Below, piece after piece: positions 54,351 to 63,349 of a stretch of DNA of 64,000 nt (position 1 is its first letter; every line of letters begins with the position of its first letter). Both the position numbers and the translations under genes were made by a program. Source of the DNA: a virus; IMG/VR virus record IMGVR_UViG_3300050343_000199, positions 96,001 to 160,000 of that record. One strand, written 5' to 3'. Under the pieces are notes generated by a model, which saw only the letters and a program-made list of their open reading frames with translations, was not told the origin of the DNA and ran no database searches.

Positions 54351-54792
54351 AATAATCTTTCCTGTAGTAACGTCCGAGTATGTTGCTATTATAGTAGGCG
54401 GGGGTGTGGTCTGTCAAGCTCTCGGTAAGAACGTTGTTGACGAAGAGTTGACGGGTCTCCTCATAGTTGACTCGTCCTGGTGTGGTGTGTAAGGAGAGGA
54501 TCTCTCTAGCAAAAGACTCCCGTCCATACTGTTTAATATCCTCTGTAAGCTCTGGACAACTTCCATAGTACTTTTTCCAGTTACTCTCACTTGTAACTCT
54601 TCGCCGCTTTCCAGTATTAGAACTAGTTCTAGGCTTTCGTTTTTGCCAGAAGTATTTTCTACCGATGTAGGAACGGTTGGTGGTGCTACAGGTAATCTTG
54701 TAAACAAAACCATAGTTGTCCCCAATAAGAGACCCGTCAAAGACGCTGCCACAATAGATCCAGGGATTCGGATACTCTTTATTTTCTTCCAC
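54313..54792 (-). CDS. NrdA.1-like GIY-YIG family protein
   Basis: NPW.Y, GFVYKIT...NRSYIGRKYFW, S.W..YYGS, YYN.NI.GR. Confidence 0.85.
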   Translation of the reverse strand: MEENKEYPNPWIYCGSVFDGSLIGDNYGFVYKITCSTTNRSYIGRKYFWQKRKPRTSSNTGKRRRVTSESNWKKYYGSCPELTEDIKQYGRESFAREILSLHTTPGRVNYEETRQLFVNNVLTESLTDHTPAYYNSNILGRYYRKDYFDFGNDSGVDAC

Positions 54793-54800
54793 ATACTCAT
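54414..54800 (-). CDS. Candidate overprinted membrane protein (128 aa) in an alternate frame
   Basis: GGAGG SD 7 nt before ATG; late box AATAAATA at 54815-54822; basic N-terminus plus hydrophobic segment. Confidence 0.4.
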   Translation of the reverse strand: MSMWKKIKSIRIPGSIVAASLTGLLLGTTMVLFTRLPVAPPTVPTSVENTSGKNESLELVLILESGEELQVRVTGKSTMEVVQSLQRILNSMDGSLLLERSSPYTPHQDESTMRRPVNSSSTTFLPRA

Positions 54801-54821
54801 GATATAACCTCCATTATTTAT

Positions 54822-55031
54822 TCAGTCCCATGGGTCGCGTATTTGTATTTTATTGCCTGCATTCTCCACGCTTGAGCGAGACTTGACGGACCCTTTGAGA
54901 GGAGATCTCTCTCCTCTTGATTGGGTAGGTTTGTCTGTAGGAGGTCTTCCCTCCAACCAGGTAAAGAATATCTTATCACAACTGAAAACCAGCGAACGTA
55001 TCTTTTTGAACATCTTGCGTGATCCCCCCAA
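54822..55031 (-). CDS. Small hypothetical protein
   Basis: ORF track; probable start MFKKIR; overlaps the nrdB 3' end. Confidence 0.4.
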   Translation of the reverse strand: MGGSRKMFKKIRSLVFSCDKIFFTWLEGRPPTDKPTQSRGERSPLKGSVKSRSSVENAGNKIQIRDPWD

Positions 55032-56163
55032 TGATATAAGATTCTACTTCTGTTTCTTGAGGTGCTACCTGCAGTCCTTTAGACGACAACCAATGCTCAG
55101 TCCATGGTAGAGGATTGTTTGTGATTGGAGTATCAAAGATTGCTTTAAGTCCAATAGATTTTAGACGGCGATTAGCAGTCCACTCAACATACTTAGAAAG
55201 CAACTTATCATTCAAACCAATGATAGAACCATCCTTGAACAGATATTCCGCCCAAAGTTTTTCTTCTTCTACGCACTGCTTAAACATATTGTAGACATTT
55301 ACTTGCTCTTCCTTAGCAATCTGTGCCATCTCAGGATCATCACCATCACGCCACTTGTTCAGAACATTCTGAGAGATGGTCATGTGTTGGGATTCGTCTC
55401 TTGCAATGAGTCCGATGATTTTGGCAGATCCTTCCAGGAGTTTAAGTTCTCCAAAGGCGAAAGAACATGCAAACGAGACATAGAATCTAATGCCTTCCAG
55501 GATATAGACATTAGCCATTGCTCGGTAGAGTTTTCTTTTGAGGTCATAAAGTGTATCTTGTGCGGTTTGACAATCATCCAATGCATGCTGCCATTGATTA
55601 CCAGCACCCCATTCTTGTGCTGCTTGTATAAACTCATCGTATGCACGGGTAACTGATTGTGCTCGTGAGAGGATCTTCTCATCGTCTAGAATGTGGTCAA
55701 AGACATCAGAAGGATCAGCATATACATTCTTGATAATGTGGGTGTAGGAGCGACTATGGATCATCTCCATGGTCTGCCAGATATTCATGGCACCCTCAAG
55801 CTCGGGTAGGCTGCAATAAGGCATGAAAGCCATGCCAGGACCACGACCTTGTACGGAGTCCAAGAGGATCTGGTACTTAAGGTTTGACGTGAAGATATGT
55901 TTTTGTGCTTCATTTAAAACTTGATAATCAGCGCGATCTTTTTGCAGCGATACCTCTTCAGGACGCCAGAAAAAACCTAGTTGTGTTTGAGTCAACCTAT
56001 CAAACACAGGATACTTAAACTTATCATACCTCTGAACTCCAAGAGGGGGTCCAAAGAACATCTTTTGCTTGGTACTATCTACTTGACTGGTATTGAATAC
56101 CGTCATGCCATCTACTTGACTACGCATCTGACTACTACCAACTCTAAATTTTGCAACTGTCAC
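54976..56163 (-). CDS. nrdB: Ribonucleotide reductase class Ia beta subunit
   Basis: FFWRPEEV, EMIHSRSY, YILEGIRFY, IARDESQH, WTEHW. Confidence 0.97.
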   Translation of the reverse strand: MTVAKFRVGSSQMRSQVDGMTVFNTSQVDSTKQKMFFGPPLGVQRYDKFKYPVFDRLTQTQLGFFWRPEEVSLQKDRADYQVLNEAQKHIFTSNLKYQILLDSVQGRGPGMAFMPYCSLPELEGAMNIWQTMEMIHSRSYTHIIKNVYADPSDVFDHILDDEKILSRAQSVTRAYDEFIQAAQEWGAGNQWQHALDDCQTAQDTLYDLKRKLYRAMANVYILEGIRFYVSFACSFAFGELKLLEGSAKIIGLIARDESQHMTISQNVLNKWRDGDDPEMAQIAKEEQVNVYNMFKQCVEEEKLWAEYLFKDGSIIGLNDKLLSKYVEWTANRRLKSIGLKAIFDTPITNNPLPWTEHWLSSKGLQVAPQETEVESYIIGGITQDVQKDTFAGFQL

Positions 56164-58456
56164 AATCGTCCTCCTCTGTTGTAAAGATATCTTCTAGTAA
56201 ATCCTGAATCCCTTGTTTCTTGTCCTCTAATTCTGGCATATCGTTTTTGTTATCATATGTGTTTTGATAATAAGAAGTTTTCCATCCGTACTTGTAAGTT
56301 TTTAAAAGGTCACCCGCCATAACAGAAACTGGAACCTCATTGTTCTCATAGTTCTCTGGATTATAACTCCAGTTGCCAGAGATTGCCTGGTCAAAGAACT
56401 TTTGCATAGCAGAAACAATTTTAATATAACCATCGTTATCTTTCATGTCCCATAAAAGAGTGTAGTTAGTTTTATGAGTACTGAACTGAGGAACGATTTG
56501 TTTGAGTGGTCCTTTCTTGGACTTTTTAGTGGACAAGTAAGCTCTTGGTGGTTCAATTCCATTGGTGGCATTTGACACAACGGAACTGCTTTCCGATGGC
56601 ATCTGTGCGGACAGAGTGCTGTGTCTGAGTCCGAACTCTTTGATGTCATCCCTAAGACTATCCCAATCATGACTTAACTCCGTCCCACAAAATTCGTCAA
56701 TGTCCTTCTTGTATGTGTCAATGGGAAGGATACCGTCTGCATACTTAGTGCGATTGAAATACTCACATGCCCCCTTTTCTTTTGCGATGGTGTTACTTGC
56801 TTTAAGAAGATAGTATTGAAAAGATTCAGACAAGTCATGGACTAATCTCCATGCTGCTGGATCGTCATACTTGAAACCATTTTTTGCTAGAAAATGTGCA
56901 AGTCCAATGTAACCAATACCAAGAGAACGACGTGCAAGAGTAGAACGTTCTGCTGCTTTGACTGGATAGTTTTGATAGTCAATCAATTCCTCCAAACCTC
57001 TCACTGAAAGATCACAAAGTTCTTCCAGCTCTTCATTGGATTTAATTTTACCTACGTTGATAGCAGACAAGATGCACAGAGCAATCTCACCATCACCATC
57101 AATATGCTCCAGAGGAGTAGTTGGTAAAGTAATCTCCTGACAAAGGTTACTCATGTAAACTTTATCTTTAAAGGAAGAGTGTGAGTTACAGTGGTCAATA
57201 TTCATGATGTAAATACGACCGGTCTCTGCTCTCTCTTTCAGAAGATCCAGAATTAATTCCTGTGCCCCGATAGTTTTTCTTGGAACAGACTGATCTGATT
57301 CATAGTCCACATAGCGAGCGTCAAATGCGTCAGTACCAAAAGCATCATAGAGACCTGGTACGTCATGCGGTGAGAAGAGGCTAATCTCTCCATTCGCAAT
57401 GAAACGTTCGTAGAAAAGTTTTGAAATTTGGATTGAGTAGTCAAGTTTCCTCACTCGGTTGTCTTCTGTACCCTTATTGTTCTTAAGAACTAGGATGTCT
57501 TCTATTTCTTGGTGCCAGATTGGGAAGTGGACGGTTGCTGATCCGCCACGAATCCCATTTTGTGTGCAACATCGTACAGTTGATTCAAATTTTTTAAGGA
57601 AAGGAACAACACCCGTGTGCTGTACTTCTCCGCCTCGGATCTTAGCGTTGATTCCACGGATGCGACCTGCGTTGATACCAATTCCCGCCCTCTGTGCAAC
57701 ATACCTGCCGATAGCCATATCAGAGCTAAAGATGCTATTGAGGGAGTCATCGCTGTCAACAAGCACACAGCTAGCAAATTGTCTAAGTGTTGTCCTGACA
57801 CCCGCCATGATGGGGGTGGGGATGTTGATTTTGTGCTTGCTGATTGCGTCGTAGTATCTTTTGACATATGAAAGACGGTCTTCTTTATATTCTTGAAACA
57901 GAGTCAGAGCAATCATCATATACATGTACTGGGGAGTTTCAAAAACATTCCCTGTACTTCTATCTTGGACAAGATACTTATCAGCAACCTGTCGTAGACC
58001 TGCATAGGTAAACAACATGTCACGATCATGATCAATCCAACTATTAATCCGTGACCACTCTTCCATAGTGTATTTACTCATGATGTGATTGTCATACACA
58101 CCTTGGTCCACACATCCTAGTGCATGATCATAAATTGATGGGTATCCATTGACCCAATCAGGTCCAAACACTTGCTTACGCAAACTATACAATAGTAAAC
58201 GTGCTGCTACAAATTGATAGTTGGGAGAATCTAAAGAAATTAAATCGCTAGCAGAACGTACCAGAATTTGCTGGATTTCTTCTGTAGTAATTCCATCATA
58301 GAATTGGATACCGGAACTCATCTCAACCTGAGAGGCACTCACAGCACTCCCCAGACCCTCACATGCCTCCTCAACCACCTTATGAATCTTATCTAAATTC
58401 AAGGGTTCTACAGACCCATTACGCTTACGAACTTTTGTTCCGTGACCGTTGCTCAT
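56144..58456 (-). CDS. nrdA: Ribonucleotide reductase class Ia alpha subunit
   Basis: ATP cone (VRKRNG..EPLNLDKI), PTPIM.G, SNLCQEI, AQMPSESSS, KTSYY. Confidence 0.98.
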   Translation of the reverse strand: MSNGHGTKVRKRNGSVEPLNLDKIHKVVEEACEGLGSAVSASQVEMSSGIQFYDGITTEEIQQILVRSASDLISLDSPNYQFVAARLLLYSLRKQVFGPDWVNGYPSIYDHALGCVDQGVYDNHIMSKYTMEEWSRINSWIDHDRDMLFTYAGLRQVADKYLVQDRSTGNVFETPQYMYMMIALTLFQEYKEDRLSYVKRYYDAISKHKINIPTPIMAGVRTTLRQFASCVLVDSDDSLNSIFSSDMAIGRYVAQRAGIGINAGRIRGINAKIRGGEVQHTGVVPFLKKFESTVRCCTQNGIRGGSATVHFPIWHQEIEDILVLKNNKGTEDNRVRKLDYSIQISKLFYERFIANGEISLFSPHDVPGLYDAFGTDAFDARYVDYESDQSVPRKTIGAQELILDLLKERAETGRIYIMNIDHCNSHSSFKDKVYMSNLCQEITLPTTPLEHIDGDGEIALCILSAINVGKIKSNEELEELCDLSVRGLEELIDYQNYPVKAAERSTLARRSLGIGYIGLAHFLAKNGFKYDDPAAWRLVHDLSESFQYYLLKASNTIAKEKGACEYFNRTKYADGILPIDTYKKDIDEFCGTELSHDWDSLRDDIKEFGLRHSTLSAQMPSESSSVVSNATNGIEPPRAYLSTKKSKKGPLKQIVPQFSTHKTNYTLLWDMKDNDGYIKIVSAMQKFFDQAISGNWSYNPENYENNEVPVSVMAGDLLKTYKYGWKTSYYQNTYDNKNDMPELEDKKQGIQDLLEDIFTTEEDDCDSCKI

Positions 58457-59442
58457 ACTTTTTTCCAAGTGTTAAATTTAAGTGTTGCTTCTAATCCCTG
58501 ATATACATTTTCATGTATTAAATTTTGGACATCATGTCCTGCAAGATGCATATCGTTGATGTCCTTCTCCTGTATTTTATTAGGCCAGACAACTACCTTA
58601 TCTCCTCGGTCAATGACTTTGGAGATTCGGTTGACGATCTCTCTATTGCGTGGTTCGTTATCAAAAATCCAAATATAATTGCTCCAACCAAACGTGCGAA
58701 TATCAGCATCGGACCCAGCCATAGCAACTGAGTTTTTAATGAACGTCGCATCAAATGGTCCTTCTACAATATAGATCGGTTGTTCTTTGTTAATTCTATC
58801 CAGTCCAAAGATTTTAGGGTGTTCATCATCCAGCATGATCGTGATGTATCTTAGTTTTGCCTTAGGGGCTAGCGATCTGCCTTGGTATCCGAATAAGTTT
58901 CCTTGTGTATCTTTAAATGGGATTATAATGCGTGGACTATCTTGCCTGAGGGTATCAAATGTCTTCTTTTGTTTATTTGTCCACTCTTTAAATTTTGGAC
59001 AGTAATAAAAGTATTCAAGATCTTTGATGCCTCTTTGTTCTAGATAGACTCTCGCCGGGTGAGAAATATTTAGGTCAGAAATCTTCTCAAGATCTGTATT
59101 TCTTTTGACAAATTTTGGTTCAGTAAAATTAAATTTTGGATTGGGTGTAGTAGTTCCCTTGCCAGTCCTACCTTCTTTAAATTTCTCCATGACATATTGA
59201 TCATGGAGAAAATTATCTTGATCCTTAAGAAAATTTGAAAGTGTTCTACCAACACCACAATTGTGGCATTTGAACACAAAATTATTCTTAATCTTAAACA
59301 AATATCCCCTCGCTTTGTTGCGTCTCTTTTGCGAGTCGCCACAGTAAGGACACCTGAAATTGTACAGGTCTGCCTTCTTGCGACTGAAAAGTGTCAAGCG
59401 AGGGGATATTAAATTTATGTACTTGACATCAAGAAAACTCAC
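58453..59442 (-). CDS. gp61: gp61 DNA primase
   Basis: CPYCGDS..C.NC zinc finger, IVEGPFDA TOPRIM, DNEPRN, KDINDM. Confidence 0.97.
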   Translation of the reverse strand: MSFLDVKYINLISPRLTLFSRKKADLYNFRCPYCGDSQKRRNKARGYLFKIKNNFVFKCHNCGVGRTLSNFLKDQDNFLHDQYVMEKFKEGRTGKGTTTPNPKFNFTEPKFVKRNTDLEKISDLNISHPARVYLEQRGIKDLEYFYYCPKFKEWTNKQKKTFDTLRQDSPRIIIPFKDTQGNLFGYQGRSLAPKAKLRYITIMLDDEHPKIFGLDRINKEQPIYIVEGPFDATFIKNSVAMAGSDADIRTFGWSNYIWIFDNEPRNREIVNRISKVIDRGDKVVVWPNKIQEKDINDMHLAGHDVQNLIHENVYQGLEATLKFNTWKKV

Positions 59443-59896
59443 TAGGAGACATCACCACTGATCCTATAATACCAGATCCGATAGTGTGCGTCAACCTTGA
59501 TTGTGACGATTCTGAAAGTGGTTTCAGTATTCTCTGACCTACTGGAGAAACCAAGAAACTAATAATAGCAAGTCCACCAAAGATAGACCACATCTTCTTT
59601 TCCATAAGGCGAAGACGTTCATCAATTAATCTAATGTCTCTCTCACATCCCTTTTTAATGTCTATGGTAGAGCGATTAACTTCTCTATGTAAACTCTCTA
59701 CCTTTTCAAAAAGTACAGCGTCAATTCTATCTTGCTTATCCAGTTTTTCATTATGAACAGCAAGAAGTTTCCCCATTTGTATGGAGTTTTCCTGCAAAGA
59801 CTCTACAACCTTTTCCAATCTTTCTAAGATAGCAGTATTGATATCGCGGGAATCTCCCATACTAGTATCCTCAGACATTACGGATAGCAAAGTCAA
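59429..59896 (-). CDS. Coiled-coil protein with C-terminal TM segment
   Basis: LLAVHNEKL, EKKMWSIFGGLAII; start uncertain. Confidence 0.75.
   Translation of the reverse strand: MTLLSVMSEDTSMGDSRDINTAILERLEKVVESLQENSIQMGKLLAVHNEKLDKQDRIDAVLFEKVESLHREVNRSTIDIKKGCERDIRLIDERLRLMEKKMWSIFGGLAIISFLVSPVGQRILKPLSESSQSRLTHTIGSGIIGSVVMSPSEFS
59466..59494 (-). promoter_or_regulatory. Sigma70 promoter for primase/nrd
   Basis: TTGACG-17 nt-TATTAT. Confidence 0.7.
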
Positions 59897-60596
59897 GAGC
59901 AGACTGATATGTAGTGGCGTCTTTATTCACCATGTATTGAAACTGTTGCTTGTGAGCATCATCCAACTGCGCGTAGCAAGCAGCAATACGTTTTGCTGAG
60001 AAATTATCAAGGTTCTGTGTAGATCCATCACCAAATTGTACCTTAGCAAAAGATGCTTCTCCTTGAGGATTAAGTTCTGATGTTGCAACATCTAATGCAA
60101 CTTGAATTACGTCTTGATTTTCCATAATGTTATCACCTTTTAATTCTACAGAGTTATTCATTCTAGAAAGTTTCTTCGTTTGTGAAGATGCTTTCTTTTT
60201 AAAGTCTTGAAGACGTGCTTTCATAAGAGTGTCCATCTCTTTCGTCTTAGACTGCATTTTTTTCTTAGCGTCATCACGCTTTTTCTGGACATCTTTTTGA
60301 CGACCCAATTTTTTCATTTGGCCGATCTGTTTCTGTGCCCTCTCAGTTTCGGTAGGAGCAGCTTCAGAAATAGTGTTGATTTCTAATTCTTCTTTCATTT
60401 TTCTACGATTAATACGGGACATTAAAGCACGGGCACCATTTGTACGCCCATCAACTTTATCTTGATTTGCTTTTTTATACTTACGATGCTGTTTAGGATT
60501 AACAAACACAAAAGCAGGTGGTAAAGATAAATTACCCCCGTCTCCTGCTACCATTTCTGAGATGTTTTTCATATCAGATTCAGTTCCTTTAAACAA
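59871..60596 (-). CDS. Conserved late/head-associated hypothetical protein
   Basis: LPPAFVFV, DGR, Q.VAL.VAT motifs; probable start MKNISE at 60572. Confidence 0.8.
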   Translation of the reverse strand: MFKGTESDMKNISEMVAGDGGNLSLPPAFVFVNPKQHRKYKKANQDKVDGRTNGARALMSRINRRKMKEELEINTISEAAPTETERAQKQIGQMKKLGRQKDVQKKRDDAKKKMQSKTKEMDTLMKARLQDFKKKASSQTKKLSRMNNSVELKGDNIMENQDVIQVALDVATSELNPQGEASFAKVQFGDGSTQNLDNFSAKRIAACYAQLDDAHKQQFQYMVNKDATTYQSALDFAIRNV

Positions 60597-60925
60597 TATG
60601 TATCTATGTCATTATTTAGTGATGGAGGAAGTCTATCTAAAAATAAAAGGAACGATTTTAATACACTCCAATATTCTTTTTCAATTTTAAAAAGCAACAA
60701 CGGAGTTGCTGCTTCCCCAAAGATATTATACAAACAAATGATATGGTTTAATATCAAATGTTTTTTAAACTCCTTCGTAGTTTGGTATCTACGAAGGAGT
60801 CTTTTAATATATTTGAATTTTTTAATATCCTCCTCAAAATCAGCATATGTAACTGACTGAGGATTGTCATAATTTTTAATTGCAAAAAGTACCCAATTAT
60901 CTTGGGTCAACTCATCAAATTTCAT
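60569..60925 (-). CDS. Conserved T4-like-phage hypothetical protein
   Basis: MKFDEL..DN..LFAIKNYDNP, F.EDIKKFKYIKRLL, LILNHII.LYN.FG. Confidence 0.85.
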   Translation of the reverse strand: MKFDELTQDNWVLFAIKNYDNPQSVTYADFEEDIKKFKYIKRLLRRYQTTKEFKKHLILNHIICLYNIFGEAATPLLLFKIEKEYWSVLKSFLLFLDRLPPSLNNDIDTYCLKELNLI

Positions 60926-60932
60926 TTAATAA

Positions 60933-61562
60933 TCAATTGAATGTGAGTGTGACAGCATCGGAAGTAACGTCTCCAGACTGTCCTGCTGTAGAAAGAACAA
61001 CACGATACTGATAGTTACCCATTCCACCTGATGTACTAGTGGAAAGTAATTCTTGACCAGTGAATCCACTACCTTGATACTGATATGTTCCACCGGATCC
61101 GTTTGATGCTCCAGAGGAGATGGGAGTGAAAGTACTTCCACCATTGTCAGATACCTGCCATTGAGCAGTGATAGATCCGCCAGTAGCACCTTCAATAGAA
61201 GCTGATACTGTGAATGTTGCGGGAGCTCCTGCTGCAACTACACCAGTAAGAGCAGGTTGAGAAGAAATAACAACCGTGCGATCTGCTGCTACAGCATCAT
61301 CTGATTGTGACTCAGAAGAATTCGCTTCTGCATCAGCAAGTGTTACCAACATCTCTGCTTTGTGACGTGTAGCGCCAGAGCTATCAGTAAATGTATAGTA
61401 TGACCACCAACCAGGAGCGTTCAATCCTCGTGCTTTATTTTCTGCAAGTGCTGCTTCCGTTTCGTCAACGAAAATTGTTTGCTTTGCTTGACTTGATGCA
61501 GCGATGCCTCTACCAGCCTTGGTGACATTTGCATTGCTGTCAGTTTTTCCGTATAGAGACAT
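60933..61562 (-). CDS. Virion structural protein with Ig-like domain
   Basis: MSLYG..D, PGWWSY.TFTDSSG, QWQVS, YRVV; TATAAATA at 61595-61602. Confidence 0.8.
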   Translation of the reverse strand: MSLYGKTDSNANVTKAGRGIAASSQAKQTIFVDETEAALAENKARGLNAPGWWSYYTFTDSSGATRHKAEMLVTLADAEANSSESQSDDAVAADRTVVISSQPALTGVVAAGAPATFTVSASIEGATGGSITAQWQVSDNGGSTFTPISSGASNGSGGTYQYQGSGFTGQELLSTSTSGGMGNYQYRVVLSTAGQSGDVTSDAVTLTFN

Positions 61563-61633
61563 GGTTTCTCCGTAAAATGACTTAATCTAAATTATATTTA
61601 TAAAGATGGGGGGACTTGAATCCCCCCACTATA

Positions 61634-61837
61634 TCACGCTTCTTCGCGTGTCTTGATTGCTTTGGTGACAACTTCAAGAAGTTGATCATCCATATCGGTC
61701 TTTGTCAACTTAACTGCTTTAGCAAGAATAACAAGACAGATCTCAACCATCTTCTCACCGAGTTCTTCATTCTCAGGAATTTTATTAATGGCATCGGTGA
61801 TAATTTTTGACGCCAAGGGAAGTAAAAATGTAAGCAT
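61634..61837 (-). CDS. Conserved small protein
   Basis: LLPLASKII, AV.LTKTDMDDQL. Confidence 0.8.
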   Translation of the reverse strand: MLTFLLPLASKIITDAINKIPENEELGEKMVEICLVILAKAVKLTKTDMDDQLLEVVTKAIKTREEA

Positions 61838-61864
61838 AATCTTATTGCGTGTTGCAAATACTAT

Positions 61865-61993
61865 TTATTTAACACTCATCTTCTGACCGTTATCATCCTT
61901 AATCTGTGGCATTACTTCCACAGTTTTTTTCTTGGACTTACGTTCTTTCTCCTTACTCTCACACTCCTCACGAAGTAGTTTAAAATTTTTCAT
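61865..61993 (-). CDS. Small basic protein (42 aa), MKNFK.LRE N-terminus
   Basis: Read manually: MKNFKLLREECESKEKERKSKKK...; ATGA overlap. Confidence 0.6.
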   Translation of the reverse strand: MKNFKLLREECESKEKERKSKKKTVEVMPQIKDDNGQKMSVK

Positions 61994-62556
61994 TTTTTCT
62001 TACTCATTCCAATGATCTTACTAACTTTCTTACGACGTGCTAGAAGATACTTATCTGACTTATCTTTGTCTCCATCGTTATCAACGTCACCGTCTTCCTT
62101 GCCTACGGGATCAAGTTTTTTTTCTTTGATCTCTTCACCAGTGGGTTCAAACCCTGCCTTGACACAGTTGTTAACTTCCTTACCACCTTTCTTCTTGGTG
62201 CCTTGCTTCTTATATCCTTTCCAGCAAGAGGTGTTGCCGTTGTCATCAACGCCATCCATCTTTACTTTCTCAATGATGATTACTTCACCATCAACTTCAA
62301 TCTCTTCACGCTCAAGAACGATTTCTTCTGCAACCGACTTCTCTTTCTTATCAATCTTCTTTTTCTTCTTGGTAATTTCCTCTACTTCAGCACCATGTGA
62401 CTGAGGATCCATACCCTCAAATGCTTCAGGAGTATATTCAGGAATATGACTACCCTGGAAACAATCACCGTCCATCCAATTCGTATACATCTCCATCAAA
62501 GATGCAGAATATGCATCATTATGTGCAACTTTGTTAACAGGTCTCTGCTTATCCAT
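61990..62556 (-). CDS. Charged head-internal-like protein
   Basis: CWKGYK..GTK.K....VNNCVK and LDPVGKEDGDVDNDGDKD.SD.YL modules. Confidence 0.8.
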   Translation of the reverse strand: MDKQRPVNKVAHNDAYSASLMEMYTNWMDGDCFQGSHIPEYTPEAFEGMDPQSHGAEVEEITKKKKKIDKKEKSVAEEIVLEREEIEVDGEVIIIEKVKMDGVDDNGNTSCWKGYKKQGTKKKGGKEVNNCVKAGFEPTGEEIKEKKLDPVGKEDGDVDNDGDKDKSDKYLLARRKKVSKIIGMSKKK

Positions 62557-62576
62557 GTTTAAAATTGAAGATCTTC

Positions 62577-62789
62577 TTATGGTTTATTTATAGTGCGAAT
62601 ATCCTTCACCCACTCCCGAAACATTCTCCCATCTTCAGTCACCACAATGGCATAGTTGACACCAGTGCGATGAACTGTTCCTTTATCTCCAGTTCTAGCA
62701 GACATAACAATATCACCCTCAGAAATCACATCATTCTGACGATGTGCTTGACGGAGTGCTTGTTCTCTAAGTTTCTTAAAGTTTTTCAT
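62577..62789 (-). CDS. Small protein, MKNFKKLRE N-terminus
   Basis: ORF track; SH3-like G.V...G.NY..V..EDG...R.W. Confidence 0.8.
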   Translation of the reverse strand: MKNFKKLREQALRQAHRQNDVISEGDIVMSARTGDKGTVHRTGVNYAIVVTEDGRMFREWVKDIRTINKP

Positions 62790-63349
62790 TTAAAATTAGC
62801 GGGCAAATTTGCCTGTATCTCTTGCATAAGAGCACGGCAATCATTATCATTCAGTGCTCTGGGTATACCAGAACGAAAAGTTTTAAAGTCACCAGCAAAT
62901 GCTGCGCGTCTCATTTTTGTTCCTGAAATAGCGAAGGTATCGCCATCAGCATCTCTACTTCCAGAAGATTGAATATCAATTTTTCTGAATGAGAAATCCT
63001 TTCCGTTATATTTATGGAGGAACTGCATGGCGCTCACTCTATCAGAACCCACAAGGAATACTACCTCATTATACCCTGCCAGCATAAGATCTTGCAAGAT
63101 AGCGACAGGTTGTTTAGGTCCAGAATGAATCTTCCCCCTATGCTCTGGGAACATCTTCTCCATGTAATATAATTTTCTATCAGGTGGTAATGGATTGCTA
63201 CCTTTCTTGTCTACAGTTTGTGAAATATAAATGCGATAGTCATGAGAACCTGCTGCTCTTTTTACACCAGCAAAGTTTTCTTTATGACCTGTAGTAGGTG
63301 GTTGAAACCTACCAAAAGTAAAGTAGCAAGTATTACAATTTAACGCCAT
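62786..63349 (-). CDS. Cytidyltransferase-like nucleotidyltransferase
   Basis: FTFGRFQPPTTGH (HIGH-like), VGSDRV, ISGTKMR. Confidence 0.9.
   Translation of the reverse strand: MALNCNTCYFTFGRFQPPTTGHKENFAGVKRAAGSHDYRIYISQTVDKKGSNPLPPDRKLYYMEKMFPEHRGKIHSGPKQPVAILQDLMLAGYNEVVFLVGSDRVSAMQFLHKYNGKDFSFRKIDIQSSGSRDADGDTFAISGTKMRRAAFAGDFKTFRSGIPRALNDNDCRALMQEIQANLPANFK

Noticed and set aside
57459-57871. Several 84-131-aa ORFs overlapping nrdA
   Set aside because: Alternate or antisense frames of a highly conserved gene, with no SD or promoter support.
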